Origin: Phoronis australis
Taxonomy: Eukaryota > Animalia > Phoronida
Reading direction: 5' to 3'
Assembly: GCA_002633005.1 (NCBI GenBank)
Contig: NMRA01000218.1
Location: 503,015-567,014 of the forward strand
Length of the DNA: 64,000 bases
This document shows, in pieces, positions 46,840 to 61,800 of this stretch. The translations under genes and the position numbers were made by a program. The notes under the pieces were generated by a model. The model did not search any database. It had not been told where the DNA came from and saw only the letters and a program-made list of their open reading frames with translations. Numbering within the stretch: position 1 is the first letter of the stretch; every line of letters starts with the position of its first letter.

Positions 46840-49800
46840 TCTTTAATAAGGAATTCAATCTGAAATAACACCCACACATGCATATCAGTGACGTGTCCCT
46901 ATACACCTTTTATAGGCACACCCCCTTGTGGCTGTCATGCTGTGATACTTATTGATTTTTCCACCTGCTGTTGGTGGTAACTAGGTAAATTCCACTTATT
47001 AGAAAAACTTCAGATCGGAGGGAATGTGTCATTTGCATTTCAATTTCAATTTAAATTGGATTCACAGTTACGCTCATTGGTTATTTGACAGCTGTTTAAA
47101 TTTTCTTTTAAACTGTTTATTGAATTTGGATACTGTGTTATAATTTTTCTTTATTAGTGAATCAAAATTTGAAAGCGAGTTATACGTTGCCGTGTTTTAA
47201 GAAGAATAGCGACCAAATACAAGATATCGTTTATAAAAGTATGGTACAGATGCTTATAAAGTCTTGTAAAAAGTATGTCATACCACTTGAGATTAAATAC
47301 TTCAGAGCAGAAAAGTTCTTTGTGTTGCAGTTTTGTTGTGCTGAGACTCTGGACTTTCAAATTATAAAGTCCACCACTGAATGTTCGGCTAAGCCATAAA
47401 ATGCGTTTGTGAATGGAAACTTGGCAATATTTCCAGTGCTTGACTCCATACATAAATATTACTTGATTTTCAACATTCTGCCTCTAATGGTCGTTATTGG
47501 CCAATACTTATAGTATTTTAACAGTCTGCACATACTTTCTGTTCAGTCTACTTAGGTTCACGACTTTATGATGATTGTAGGAAACAGTTTGTTTCTTTCT
47601 GTTGAGATGTTACCGAGTGCATTTTGCAAGTATTACATTCCTTTCGGCTAGTAAGTATTCTGAGGTACTGAACAGCAGGTTAAAATATTTTAAATATTTT
47701 AGCAAGTTCAAGTACGGAGTTAAGACATGGAACTTTTAATATTTTTTGTCACTATGCTAAAGTCAGTTATGGGTTGAATTGGTTCCCATGTTTTTATGAT
47801 ATAGTGTCTAGCTATAATAATTTTACTTGCACTTTTTAATTGCTGAAAATCGTTATCTCGTCTGGACAATGCAGTGTCCTTTCCGGTAAGAGCAATGCAT
47901 CTTGGTTAATGCTCTCGCGTGTACCTTTTCTTTTCCTGTGAATTATCTTTTTCTCAGAAAGTCCTAACAGGTGTCACTGATGTGGCTGTGTGAGCAATGG
48001 CTGTATACGAGGATGAAGCAGTTTGTTCATTGTTGTCTGTATGTTCGTCCAGTCCGGCCTCTGGGGCTTAAAGGAATAATCAAACCAACAGGCAGTTGAA
48101 ACATTAGTTTTATACAATAAGTTGCTAACAAATCATCTGAAGTTGAAGTTAGGACCCACAGCCCATTCACTGCAGATGGAGTGGCAGCTAATTCTTGTTC
48201 TGCTACCCCAGACAAACACAATTGAAAACCACTGATTGTTTTAGAGAAGAAAAATACAAATGTGAATTCCATGGATCGGAAAGAAATGTATACGCCATTG
48301 GGAAAAAATTCTCCATAGACCCATCTGAATGGGCCTGTACAAATCCATTTCACATCAAGTTATGGAAATAATGTGGTAGGGACTAATTTCTGTTAAAATT
48401 CCCAATTTTCAAAAGCCTAAATTGTTTTGGCATTTAGTTTGATCACAGCTGTTCTACATAAGCCATGATGTCACTGAACTGAAAGTCATTTTTGTCTTGA
48501 AATTTAATAGAAGTATAAAATATCCTTGTCTACCTTGTTGAAGAATGTTTATCAACTCATAGTATAGGAAGAACTACTCAATAGTTAGGGAAGATTTAGG
48601 GATTCTATAAATGACTTTGAGCTTTGTTTATCATGTTTCCAACTTACTTCAATGCTATTTTGTAATTATTAATAAAATTTTAGCCGATTGTTGCAGCACC
48701 TTTTTTTCTTGGAACGAGGCCAATGCTTAACAGATTGTCGGTCAATGTGAAATCTTGAACACCCCGAGGACCTGGGTTGAATATGAATCTAGAATTCACA
48801 GCAATCTGATGAATTTTTATATCCATTACTATGGCCGCTTTATTCCCTCTGGGGAGTGTGGATAAAATGGGAGTGCTTAATATTAAGGTTAATTGTGTTG
48901 TCAATGTTCTCAGCAGGTGTCCCCGTCAATAACTTGCTAGGCCAATGCTTGTTTGCTTCAATTATTCACCAATCCTCGTCTGTTAGCATTTCATTTCATT
49001 TAATATGTCATCAATCCTTCAATTTGAAAAGTTTCCTTGCCATTGCAATGCTGAATCAGTGCCGCCAAAATTAAAACTGCATTCCGCCATGTTTAGTTAG
49101 CTGATAAACCAAGAATATCAAATTAGACCCTCTATTCTCATAAAATGAGTCTTGTAATACGGTACTCGGCCCTCTATTCTCATAAAATCAGTCTTGAAAT
49201 ACCTTGCTCGTGCAGGTTACCGCCCATGGTTGGCTGATCGCCCACTCCTGAAATATTCTATTTTTCATTTTTAAGTGTCCATGCTCGTCTTACTGTTATA
49301 CTGACCACCCCCAATTTTTCATGATCGAGACTTCTTTAAAAGTGTGTTTTTATGAATGTTCGTCTCGTGTTCAGTGCTGTGATAAGAATGTGTTTCGTTA
49401 CCAACAAGAACATGGAAACCATCATCAACTCAAGGAAGCGCTTGAGAGTTTGTTGAGGTTGATCATCCCTAAAATTTTTGGATTCGAAACTGACCATGAA
49501 GAAGTTGCCTATAACTTGAGTTGCTGGCTCATTTGGCAACGATCAAATGAGCGTTTGGTTAAGAATTCAACATTTGACAGCTAAACAGTGATGAAATACA
49601 GCGCTTTAAATGATTAAATTCAATGTTAGTTGCCTTTGGAAAACTCCAGTTAAGGTTGACGTGTCTTAACACTACTAGCGATTTAAGTTTGTGGAAAAAA
49701 GTCTTGAAATAAAACTGCCCATGCCAGCACTCCCAACTGCCTTGACTTCAAACTTTCTAATGGGAAGAGAGCCTGCATACTTGCCTCCTGCTTTCAGCTC

Positions 49801-52800
49801 TGCAGTATTTGTTCAATTAAGAAGTTATACCTGCAGGTGAAATTTAATCAGCATTAGAAACCATGCTGATAATGTAATGTGGCGATTAATTGGGATTACA
49901 GGTGTGTAAGATTGGTCCAATATCCATTTTCTGATGTAATGGGGGACTTAGTGGTGCTTTATCTCTAGATGGCTCAGGGACTGAGCACTAGAAAATAAAG
50001 CGCAACGGCATCTCCAGTTCACTCCTGTGATTCGTATGGAGATTTAGGTTTGTTGGATTTGATTGAGCTTCTTCATAAAGTCTTTGCCACCGTCATAGTG
50101 CCAAATAGCAACTGTTTTTCCATGGCGATATTCAGATGATTTGTGGGGAATATTGCAAAATTATCTGCGTGCTGCTCAAATTACGGTGTGTCCCAGTTAC
50201 CTTAGCGCGTCTTAATTGTTCTCCAAACTATACAATTTGGGTCAAGATACAGTCAATGTTATGTTCTCACAACTCTACTTATATGTCAGGTGTTAGCCGT
50301 TGTTGATTCAAGTCAAAAAACATGAGTCACTTCCCCAGATGTGCTATGTTTTTGTCACCCACTGTTTGTTAGCGGAAAATTCCCGTGCTCTCCCGCTCAT
50401 TACTGAAGGAGACATGAAATGATTCTTTTGGCTCGTGCATATTCTCTTAAAGTGTACAATGAGCTATACAATTCATCTCACTAGATGGCAGTCGTGGGTA
50501 GAAAATGGTGAAAGCATTTGCATGATTAGCGCACAGTCGTACGCGTAATGTTTGATTTGAAAAAGTTGAAGATGCGGTGCGTAAAAATCTTGGTCATGGT
50601 ACTTGAGTACTGGGTTTGGTCAGTCCATTCTAGACAGTAAGTCGGTCACTGCATTGTACGTCTACAACCCACTATTGTTTCATTTGAGTTCTGCATGTGT
50701 CTGCTCATTGAGCGTTGGCTTAACGCCCACCCTCTGATTTTCTGCAATTCCTCAATAACCTTCGTGAGTACTGTAGTAAACTTCCCACAGTTTGTTTGTT
50801 GGGCATGTAGTCAATATCTTGACTTGTGACTGAGCTAGGGCAGTGATTTTCTGTTCTAGGGAGAGAGAGCCATGTCTTGCTAAGCATACTCGTCAGTGCG
50901 TCAACGCACAGACTCGGCTGACTAATTATCCACATCTATTCTTCAGTGACAGTTTTTCTGATAAATCACTGTTCAGGGCTCGGCGCATATCTTATCGACA
51001 TTTCACAAAATGCAACCTTGTAAAATAAGAAACTTACCAAAACAAGGAACCCTATTATACCATGGTGCAAAAGACCTAGTAGTCCCCTACACAAGCGATG
51101 CATAGTTTGGCAACAGTCAATGATGTGCGGGAACATCGCCAATCGCCTGAATGTTTTTTTTTAGTCAAGCAGCGTATGTTCAGTTATGTTCTCCATAACG
51201 ATCGATTTATTCCTTGGTCCCAGCACCCGCACACGCTCATGCCTCCTGCCTGAGGGTAACCAGGCGATTGGTGCACATTGTAGACCTAGGTCATGAATGG
51301 GGACCTTCTGGTTTCTGCCAATTAATTCTGACTTTCGTCTGTTTATTTCTGCATTTTTATCAGGTCGCCAACAAAAACTGAGGTCCCTATAGCCCTGTTG
51401 CATCCCCTCAGGTATCTATTACTCAAATTCATAATCATGCTTTAATTTGTTTTCTGATCTAAAGATTGTCGTTAAGTCCACCCTTCACAAAGTACTTAAT
51501 TGTTCGAATCTGGTGCACAGGCTAAGTTGTGCAACACAAGACAAGCAATAGCCATAGACACCTTGGCAGTCTTCACAATAGGGCGCAGCACAGGTTACTC
51601 AATGATTGACACTTTTATTGTCCTGTATTTGTATTGGATGCCTCACAGTGCAGTGAGGGTATTTCACACACATTCTCTTGGTCCCATTATGGAATGATTT
51701 GCTCAGCAGGGCATAACAATACTGAGACCTTGTGGCAGGATTCACTGAGTTCTTGTCAACTAATTGTTAGCAGGACCACTTAGATCCTGCAGTTTGAACT
51801 CAAGACCTGGCCCACCTTATCAGGAGGTATCCTAGAACCAACATATTCATAACAGACAAACTTGTGTAGGGTAACAAGTGGCTGTTTAATTTGAATGATA
51901 AGGACTTCGATAACCACCTAACTTGACTGCATTAGGAGGATTAGCTAGACACAGGTAGGTTCATTAAGGTATGGATTATAGTTGAACTTTGAGAACTTTC
52001 TCAATAACGGTTGGACAGGTATTTGGTTAAATTTCAATCAAGTGCGCCTGCTTGCAAGATGAGTCGTTCTTTAGATTTAAAGGGTGGTTGAATTATGATT
52101 TGAAGCTGCGAGCCATTACTTGTAGTAGGTGGTGATTTTCAGATGGACTTGCTGTGTGTTTAGGTAAACTAACATAGATGCTGGTACAGCCATGAACATG
52201 TCAGTTAAAGGTGACCCATTTGTGTCCTGGAAGATCTTAAAATGTTAATGGCCATATGTGTCAAGGAAAGGTTTGCTATTTCCTGCCATGTGGAGATATA
52301 TCTGTTCAGTATGTCTAATTTACTCTCAATACACAATACGTCCTGTTGAAGTGCTGAATAAGCATCCTTTCAGAGGTTTGTATTAAGTACGCACTTTTGA
52401 TTCATTCAGTTTGAAGAACTAGAATCTTTATCAAAAGGTATATGATCTGCCTTTCACAATGTTAAACAAATGCAGGTGGCCTGATGATTTTTACAGCACA
52501 CCGAACATGCTTCGGCCATTCACTGATGTCGACTTACAGATTTTTATTTCAAGTGCACTTTATAGTAATAGGCTGCATTCTCGTTATCCCTGAAAATTTT
52601 CAGGAATCTTTTTACAGTCATTTTTCCACTAATCTGTTGACAGAACGTGTTTCCACGCAATCAATTAATTTGGGCAACTTATGTTGCCCCTGTTGGCAGA
52701 CTTTGAAAATGTCATTTTCTGACATGTCCAACTACTGTGAACTGATAATTAATTGGCCAAGGCTTGATTAGCGCTGCCCATGATTTGAAAATTGGCGGAA

Positions 52801-53493
52801 ACAATTCGGTGCATATTTCAAGCAAATTTTTATTTGGAAAAAATTTTGCATTGAGACATGATTTTTTTCGGGAATCTGAGTTCTACCAAATTCCACTGGA
52901 TTAATATGGGGGGATTGTATATGACTTGTGTCGTTCGTTGATTCACATCCTGATCCTTTCGTAGTGTCGTAAAACCAGTGGTGCTGATGGCAAGCTACTG
53001 TATTGACTGGTCATTCACAAATGAGTTACGGGGTGAATTCCAATTCCTGTTAATAGGGGCGACATAAATTTCAGGTACTTATGAATGAATCATTTGGGGA
53101 CTTAAGTGTGTGCATAATTAATCTGGTGTATTTCTTTCTTGGAACATTTCTGGGATATCAAAAAACATGTGAACGGCTTTAAGGTGACAGGGTGATAATA
53201 AATTTTATACACAAAGGGTAGAGCAATATGCGACTTGTATGCCTACAGCAGTGTGGTTTTAACTGACAAGACATCGTGGAATTTTAATTAACCTTTTCTA
53301 AGTTGAGGGTACTAACAGCAAATTTATTTTTCCATACAGTAATTTTATTTTCTTGGGATTATTTCTAGCAACTACTGTAAATATTAAAATTTATTTGCCG
53401 TTTTTCATTCTGATGCAAACAGAGTTTTACTCAATGACTTGCAATCAGGCCATCTTGTAGTGGGCGCCCCAAGCATCTCAACGAACACCCTTT

Positions 53494-53933
53494 AGTGCTG
53501 TCTGCACACAGCCTTACACTAGAACAAGTTACTCCTGGAACTAGCTGTGGCTAGATTTAGACGCTGTGTGGACGCCATTTAAAGCAGTGCAACTTACCCC
53601 ACTTGTGACAACTTGCTCCATCTTATCGAGGTAGAGTAACGTGTTCTATGGGAACTTGCACCACTTCAAATTGCTGTGTGGCCGCAACACTTACCTGGGG
53701 TAAGGCGGATGGAATTATCAGCTGTTGTTACATAACAACGGGTCTTCTTTTAAGCATACCGTATTCTCCTGTTAAGCATAGAACAACAACTTCCGCCTTG
53801 CGCTAGTTATCGGATGTGTGTGTGTGTGTGTGTGTGTGTGCGTGCGAGCGTGCGTGTGTGAACACTCCACTTAAGTGGGGTAGGTTGCACAAGTGCAAGT
53901 TGTTCTAGAGGGTAAGTCTGTGTGGATGGGACT
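53494..53933. mobile_element. Old MITE with imperfect TIRs, containing a (TG)n microsatellite (about 53816-53860)
   Basis: CACACAGCCTTACACTAGAACAAGTT near the left end versus AAGTTGTTCTAGAGGGTAAGTCTGTGTG near the right end. Confidence 0.55.
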
Positions 53934-56900
53934 TCACTCAAATTTAGACATACTAGCTGGGATGCCCTAGTCAGTATTTGGATGCCAAGTCAAGGTTGAA
54001 AGCACTGGTGTCTTAATTAATAGCAGTCGGTGGAGCTCATTGGCTTGTACAGAATGAAAAGGTATAGTTGACACATGATAACCTTTATTGTAGTCCCACG
54101 TCTCCATAGTAACATGACATGCTAACAACAATTTGAGGAAGGTTCATCAAAATGCAGTCGTTCATCTTTGGTCATAATTGCTCCAAGAAACTCATTTTGG
54201 ACACGTTATTTTTGAAATCTGGTATGCACACTTAGTTGCAATGGAAACATGAAAAATTGAAAAGCTGAATGAGTTACGGTGTTATTCACTTGTGAGCCTT
54301 GACTCAGAAGTGTGAGTTACAGTGTTATTGACTTGTGAGCCCCGACTCAGAAGTGTGTTGGCAGCCCTTCATTTCGAAAACTAGGTCAACCATGCGTTGC
54401 GTTTTTCCACCTCTACCAATGAAGAGCGATGATTTCGAGATGTGGGAATTACTAATTGATAGTTTCTTGTCATGGGAGAGACGTTCTGTTTGAGGACCAA
54501 CGTAAGCTGCAGGCAAAGGTCGCCGATTTAACTAGATATTGTAATACTTCCCCAGTCCTTTCAGACAGCACTTAAAAGTCCATCCAATGTCCAAAGAGGT
54601 TATCTCATGTTGTGTGTTTAGTTTAACTTCTTGAACCTGTTGTATTTATCCATTTCGATTGCTAATGCTTGTCACAGTAGGTGTATTCCAAGTGTTTGTA
54701 AAGTGACGTCCCTATTGTTGGGAAGGTGTTGAAGACCTTCTCCAGGTCTGTAAAGACTGTGTATGTGTTTGCATACACTCACTTCAGAACGGTTTTGTGA
54801 CTTTCAAAGTCCCATTAATGGCGGTTCTGAGTTATCTGCTTATAAGCTCTAAAAATCCCATACCACGGGTGTTCCTTCTGTTGCATCGGTGTAGTGGGTG
54901 GGGGAGGGGGGTTTCACACGTTTTTTCCTTTAGTCACTTCTATGTAGGAGCTCATTAGGCCCCCCTAAATCTCCCATTACCTATGCAGTGCCGTCTTTGA
55001 AGACCTTTGTTTTGGTTCATGTTTCGGTGGAACCCTTTGTTTTGATTCTTGAGTTGGCATGCCTGAATTTTACAGGATCAAATCAAATGGGATAACGCAC
55101 ATTTACCACTTCTGACTTGATTTGCTCCAGTTTGAAGTTTGTGATTTCAGCTTGTCCTGATTAGTGTTATGTGGAACTTTAAAATATATGGTTCTTCCTC
55201 ACGGTGACCCTACTGAACAGTTCCTTGGGGGTCGCGTTCAGTACCTCAAGAACCTCTCTAGAAAAGCAACACCTTGGAGATTATGCGAGAAGTCACCATG
55301 TATTTTCAATGAGAGCACGTGGTTTTAGCTGTTTTTTTCTTGTCATGAGACAGCTATTGATTTCTACCCATGGTAAGGCTTATGTTTTGATGGTCCCACC
55401 TGAAAAGAAGGTGAAGGAAAAATGTGTACATTTACATTTTGTTAACTGTTAAATTATTGTAAAATCTTACTTATTATAGAGGAGCAATGAAATTTTATTT
55501 TCTTATTTTTGATAACATGTAAGTTGCACAAAACCATCTCTGGGTCTTCTGGTTTCAGCAAAAATGGTAATTGAGGAAATAATAATAATAATAAGAAGAA
55601 GAAAATTAGCAGTGAACAGGAGAATTAATTATTGAGAGCTTTTGTTCTTTTTTAAAAAGCCATTTTAACTTCGTAATATAGGTCAACTTAATACCATAAT
55701 ATCTGTAAATCCACAATTCTATAAGTGGTTTTAATCTCTGTCAATAATGTGCTCTTTCTCAATATTATTTTCATATTTGAACACTTATCAAGAGGTTGTG
55801 TTCAAATAATGTAACATTCCAGCCCAAGTGTAGTTTCTAATACCTCGCCATAAATCTGTCAATCTGTGCATTGTTGGATCAATGAATGCCTGGCTTTATC
55901 CTTGGCATTTTCTACAGTGCAGTAATACCATCCCTGCTGTCTAGGTAGTAATCTTACCTGGCACAACTATGAAGTACTGTCCTCCATGTTTTGTAATTAC
56001 ACGTTTCATCCTCATGCGAGGAGACATCATTCAGGGGCCAACAGTTCACCTCTTCACCCCAGGAACTACAGAAGTCTCCTAAGGCAAAATTCCAAACATT
56101 GTATGAAATTGCTTAATGTTTCAGTATCAATCACATTCTTCATTTCTCGTAGTTCAAGTTATTTCCAGTTGCTGCGCGTATCACTATCAGTTTTTCAGTG
56201 CTTAAAAAAACTCGAAAAGAGTTCCTCTCTGTGGCATTATTGCAATCTTTTGTCTTGAAAGCAAACAAAAATCAGTCTTCAGAGCTTTGAATTTTCCTCT
56301 TTTTTGGTTTTTATTTTCTCGTATTCAGTTTCGAGTTTCCTCTTTTTACGTCTCTTTTCATCATTATTTCTACTTTATTTATGCAAAAATGTTTATTTCA
56401 GTTAAATTTTACAAGTTAAGTAACATTTCTATTACACAAGCCTTTTTATATATGGAACGATACATCACCTAGGAAGTTTTCCTCTCTTTTGTCATTGGTC
56501 ATTCCAAGCCTCTAATGGGTTATAACCATGCTGATATTACTACTTTTAAAATTGGTTTAAAAGTATTCAGACCCAGAATTATAACCTCTAATCGCATAGC
56601 AGCTTTGGTGTGAACAGGGTATTAATCTTGTCTCTGCCTTCCTTGCTGTCCATGCTATCACCTTCATTAGCTCAGACATTGTATGTAGTTTTACTTTGTG
56701 TAATCAACATCTATTTATTATGATATGTGGTGTGATACCACTGGCAGTTTGTTTGCTTGACATGCTGATCTTTCAGTGATAAGGTTACCTTAGAGAATCA
56801 GGTCATCTTTCACTGCAGCCAACCTCAAAGATTCCTCCATGTACTTGTTATGTCGTGTCCTGTGGTACTGTCGAAGGCTGATTCTCACTATATGGTATAC

Positions 56901-58806
56901 TGCTGGACAGATGAAAAAATATGTTTTCTTTTAAAATTTCCTAGTATTTACTCTTGTTCATTTACTGTGGTGCTAAGTGTTTGTCAAAGCAATATCAAAA
57001 CATTGTTTGACATGACCAGGGAGTGTGATGATGAGATATGGAACTGAAAACAGCTTGGACTGAATGTGTTACTGCTGAGGTGCTTTACGTTTTGATGTTT
57101 TGAGTTTGGATCTTTCTTGTGTGAAGATGGCTGTTAAGGACTCAGTTAATTCATAGGAATGCTTAAGTTTTATGATAACTTCCATTCTTCTTCAGTATTC
57201 TCTTCAAAGCCAGCAACCTTTTTATAAAATTCAACTGTCCATTGAGGAGCTTGATGAATTTATAACTGCATACATTAAATATAGGTGGTGCTGATGTAGC
57301 AAGGATACCACATGATCACAGTATATACTTCTATTTTCTGTTAATTTTTCTCTCAAGTTATCAACCATTTCTTCTTCGTTTGTAATTATCTTGCTATAGT
57401 GCAAGTCTGGGAAACTGATAAGGTCTGTGTGTTAAAGTCACTACATATCATTTTAGTCATATATCCAGCACAGCACATCGTCGTTCGTTAACGATGTCTC
57501 TTCCTAAAATTGAAAACGTGAAAGTGTCCTGGTGAACTTCCTTGTATGTAGGTGGTTACCAGTAAGCATATTGGTTCTCAGCAAAGCTGTTGACTGTGTT
57601 AAATCGTGCGTGCACGGTAACGTTTTGAGCTGGTCATGAGAATTTCGCTCAAAATGAATCACCAGTAATTTTGCTATTTTAAGTCTTCAAAGGCTGATTA
57701 CCTGTTGTAGCAAATATGGTAAATTTACCAAATGTTGCACTGTATGATGTCTATACAGTACATATCGTGCTAGTAATAAACTTAAGTTTTCTTATTCTTT
57801 ATTTTTGTTGAGAAGTTTGACGAAATAAAATTTCAATATTCCGTCATATTGTGTGCTAGAATTACCGTCCTAGAAACTGCCTCCGGATACAGAGTGGTTC
57901 CAGTGCCCTCATTTGAATTTCACGCATCAAAAAATGCACACTGTTTGCCCTTGCTACTGGTCTTTACACCTGACATCATTTGGACTCTGATTTATATTTG
58001 CTAGAGCTGAGTGTTGCCAGACAGATGATGGACATTAAACTACAGTTTGAGTGTGGCTGTTGTGACATGCAATATACATGTAGTCAAAGGTGGGTTGAGG
58101 TTCTCAGTCTTCTCCACAATCGAATTTCCAAACCCCTTGCAATCTTTCATCCCATCTGATCTTGTTTGTGTAGCTGAGGGAAGATACATTTTTCGTATCA
58201 GAAGAATGTCTTTTGAATCTTTTTATTTCGAAGACAGATTACCGTACATGTTTTTTTTTCAGTTCTGCTGGGTCAGTAATGATGGTTGAGGGACGTTATG
58301 AATCGGAGTGCACAGCATGTCCCAATGGGGTTTCAGGCTGATGTATAACCTCTATGATTTTGAAACTTATGTTTTATTGGCCGCTAACTCCTACTAACCC
58401 AATTCTCAAATTTGTTTCATTGGTGGTAATGTTTTTATATAATATGCTCCCAGCTTTTATGCTCTCAAGGAATTAGTCTGTGGTATGACAATGGTAAAAC
58501 TTGTTCTGACAATGGTAAAATGTGAAGCCTGTATTTATGAACTTCTGTGACTGTTGATTGTATTTAATGGCTTGGAGTCGATTTATTGAAAAAGCCATTC
58601 GATCCAATGTTATGATACCTTTCAGTGGTTGTAATAGTATCCGAACAATGGCAAACAATACTGGCAAAATACATAGGTTCTGGCTGGTTATTCAGGGCTA
58701 TTGAAGGCCAATGTATTGATTCTAACTGTTCCCCTGTATGTCGCAGCCTAATGTTGGTCAGAAATAGGCGTCCCTCGGTGCGCGTCTAGATCGACTCTCC
58801 AATTTT

Positions 58807-58837
58807 ATGTTTGCGTTTGGGCTTTGTTGTGGTAAAG
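58807..58837 (+). CDS. Candidate alternative start exon (MFAFGLCCGK-G) of the downstream gene
   Basis: Branch-like CTAAC plus cag acceptor ending at 58746; upstream in-frame TAG; AAAG|gtgagc donor in phase 1 matching 63441. Confidence 0.5.
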
Positions 58838-61800
58838 GTGAGCAGTGTTTGGTATTATTGCTCTAATGTTTGATGAAGTCTTTGGAGAGTTTTGGGTCAC
58901 AGTGACATTTTGTCTGCTATCAGTGTCAAGTTCTGGTTTCAGTCGGATTTTACTGTAAGTGCTAGTGTTTACCAGCTAGAGTTTACCTTGCCTAGGTGTG
59001 CTTGTGTGAGTGTGTGTGTGGTGGTGTTAAGGAGACCAAGCCTTAGCTATTGATTATGAGCTTGTTGTCGGCAAGGCCTCAAGCTGACAAGCTTATGTAT
59101 CGGAGTACATGCAAAGATCATTAAGGCTCACGGCAAAATCTCATCAAAAATAATAGCCAAATTCTCCCTTTTGTATTACTGAAGATCTTCCAACAGTGTC
59201 ATATGATAGCTGTGGTACACAACTTGAGCGTGAAGAATAATTATATTGGTGCTATATATCTTTCATGAAAAAATCAGGTAATGAAATTTCACTTGTCAGC
59301 CATTTTGCATCCTAACTGTTGATATTTTAACTGCTTAAGATCAAATATATGTGGAATTTACAGTAAATTAACTCCCATTAGTGGGACACGGACAAAGTTC
59401 TGGGCGGGTCCCAAATGATCTAGTTCGTGCACTTAGCGGTTCACAAAAGTCACATTTTTCCTGACTAAAATTTTTGCTTGGATCTCCCACTTACAGGAGT
59501 CCGCTCATTTGGTTATTATGGTGTTCCCTGAATGTGAACTTGCAGGAGCTATCTGAAGACAAGAGTCAATGTATGAGGATGAGAAAAGTTTTTAGTGTTC
59601 TACATGTACAATGCAGCTCTGTGGATGAACTTCTGATATGACACGTGGTTTGAAATGTCAGCAAGGAACTTGTAACTTGTTAAGGCTTTGCAAGTGAACC
59701 CAAGGGTCTTTCCAATAAATGCCTGCTTCTAGATACGTCACATTGATTCTTTGTCATCCAAGCACCCCCATGTTCTTCTTTGTCCATTTAGAAGTCAAAA
59801 AAGATTACAGTAGTCTTATTACTCGTTTATTTATTAGCATCATCTGGTGAATATACCGTAGGCCATGTCAAGTTGCTGGACCTGAGATAGGTGAAAAAGT
59901 CGGCTAAGATTTAAATCAAACGGAACTATGTTTTTGCATCAAAATAATTTTTGATTTTTGATCATGGTACAAAGTATACCCAAACCACACATCGTTGAAT
60001 TCTCTATAAATTAATTGCGAAACATTTAATCGGGATCCCAGAAAAAATCTGACTTGTATCTAGATCAAATATCATGATTTCTTTCGATGTGTAACATACT
60101 AAAAATTGATTTAATTTCAATTTTAGCCGCTTTATTCACCAAACTTGGGCTCAAGATACAGCTGGCTACTCAAGACATTTCCTGCTTTCAATGCTGAGGT
60201 TCTGATTGTTCGTTTTGCATCAACAAACTGGTTGACTATTGTTATGGGAACATGTAACAAAGTCAATGCTTCGCTGTTAAATCCACCTCTAACTCCCGAA
60301 TAAACCCATGCTGTCAACTTGTATTTAAGATTGAAGTTAAGTGTTCCCATTCACCGAGACTTTGGTATCACAGAAATTTTGAAGTTTTGGAGCCAGTAGA
60401 AAAGGCCTTTTAGAAATATTCCTACATTGGATAGGTTTTTAATGCTGTGGTTATAGGCGTATTAAATAATCAATAAATCATTAGTTTTTGCTTCTGTCAA
60501 AATCCAAATTTGGGTTTAGGCCTCACACTGTTATAAAGCCGGTCTCATTATTATTTACTAAAATTAAAAAAGATTTATATGTTTGAGAAGAACTGACAGG
60601 TCATTATGGTTTCAGTCCTCGCCCATTAAGTGCAGGGTGTCATGGTGGGTAATCGATTCAGTTGCCATTTGAAGCGGTGTGGCCATCAATAGAAGTTTAG
60701 GAGCTTTATTTTTTCCACTTTCAATCCAGTCGAAGGATTTTGAGAAGGCGATGACATTGGTTTGAAAGAGCAAATACGCCTGTGAAGTAGTTTGTGTTTT
60801 TGGCACCAGAGCCCGGGCATGCTGTATGGCGGCTTCATGTCAGGCCAACTGTGAACCATGTTTTGATTTGTATTTGGTTCTAATGGAGCTGTATTGAACT
60901 GGACAGGTTTGATAAATTTGAGGTCTTAGTCGAGCCCAAAAGTGTCATGCTTCTTGAATTGAGATATCGTACTTTGTACTGAGACATACCGTAATGAGTA
61001 TGGTATATTGAAAACACCGGAGCAGCAACAACCTGTTGCTAAGTCTCCCTCCCTCACTTGAATACAGTAGGAAATGTCTGGGAATATTCTGGCTGACTGA
61101 AGGTTTACAGTTAGCAATGTGTTGCCAGTCATAACAGTATACATTCACTCTAATAAGATTATGCATTGGTCCCCTCTAACCATCTGACCAGTGGCTATTA
61201 TGTCCACACTGCCGTGTGTACTTGTCTGGTCTGGGCTGAATAGAAACTGTTCCCAGGTAAACACAGGGCTGTTCATTCTCTGTGTTTGTCCACTAGGTAC
61301 ATGTGATCTATTGGCTGCAGGTGTTACCCGCCCCTGATTTTTGAGTTCCCCAGTTTCAAGGTACCTGAACTACACTGTTAACGGACTCATAAACACGGTC
61401 ACGAACGCATGAGCACGACTCACGGACCTGCAAACACCGTCCACTGAGTTTAAGCACCTTGATCATATTAACCTGAATGAGTACAATATGTCTATTTCTT
61501 ATGTTGTGACAGAAATGAAAAATTAGAATTCTTTGATGTTAGATTTACAGTTGAGTTTTGGTTTTCTATTTCTAACTTGATTGCTTCTTGTGCATGGTTA
61601 GATGTGATATCCTGACTCATTACCTGGAGGCATGGCACTGCTAATCTCATGGGTAAATGAATCTCAGCCTGTGTATTGTTCCGATAACAGGAATTCATTC
61701 ATTGCCAGGTAGCCAGAGAGAAATTGGCTTAGGACTCACAAAAAGGTTACACTGCAACTCTCTTGTGTACCTGGGTTATTGATTACAAAATAACAGCAAC

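Noticed and set aside
48680-49200. Stop-riddled minus-strand frame starting MAECSFNFG beside a duplicated CCCTCTATTCTCATAAAAT
   Set aside because: Possibly a decayed transposon, but no recognisable domain or defined ends.
47868-51411. Phase-2 candidate exons (MQCPFR near 47868, MRCVKILVMVLEYWVWSVHSRQ near 50572, 48-nt exon 51364-51411)
   Set aside because: They fit each other, but I found no downstream phase-2 exon that restores the frame to 63441; they may be UTR exons or chance.
59265-59277. MKKS-G phase-1 micro first exon
   Set aside because: Abuts sequence also found near 25140, so it is probably part of an interspersed repeat.
60132-61166. Several minus-strand ORFs of 64-73 aa
   Set aside because: No recognisable domain and no consistent splice structure.
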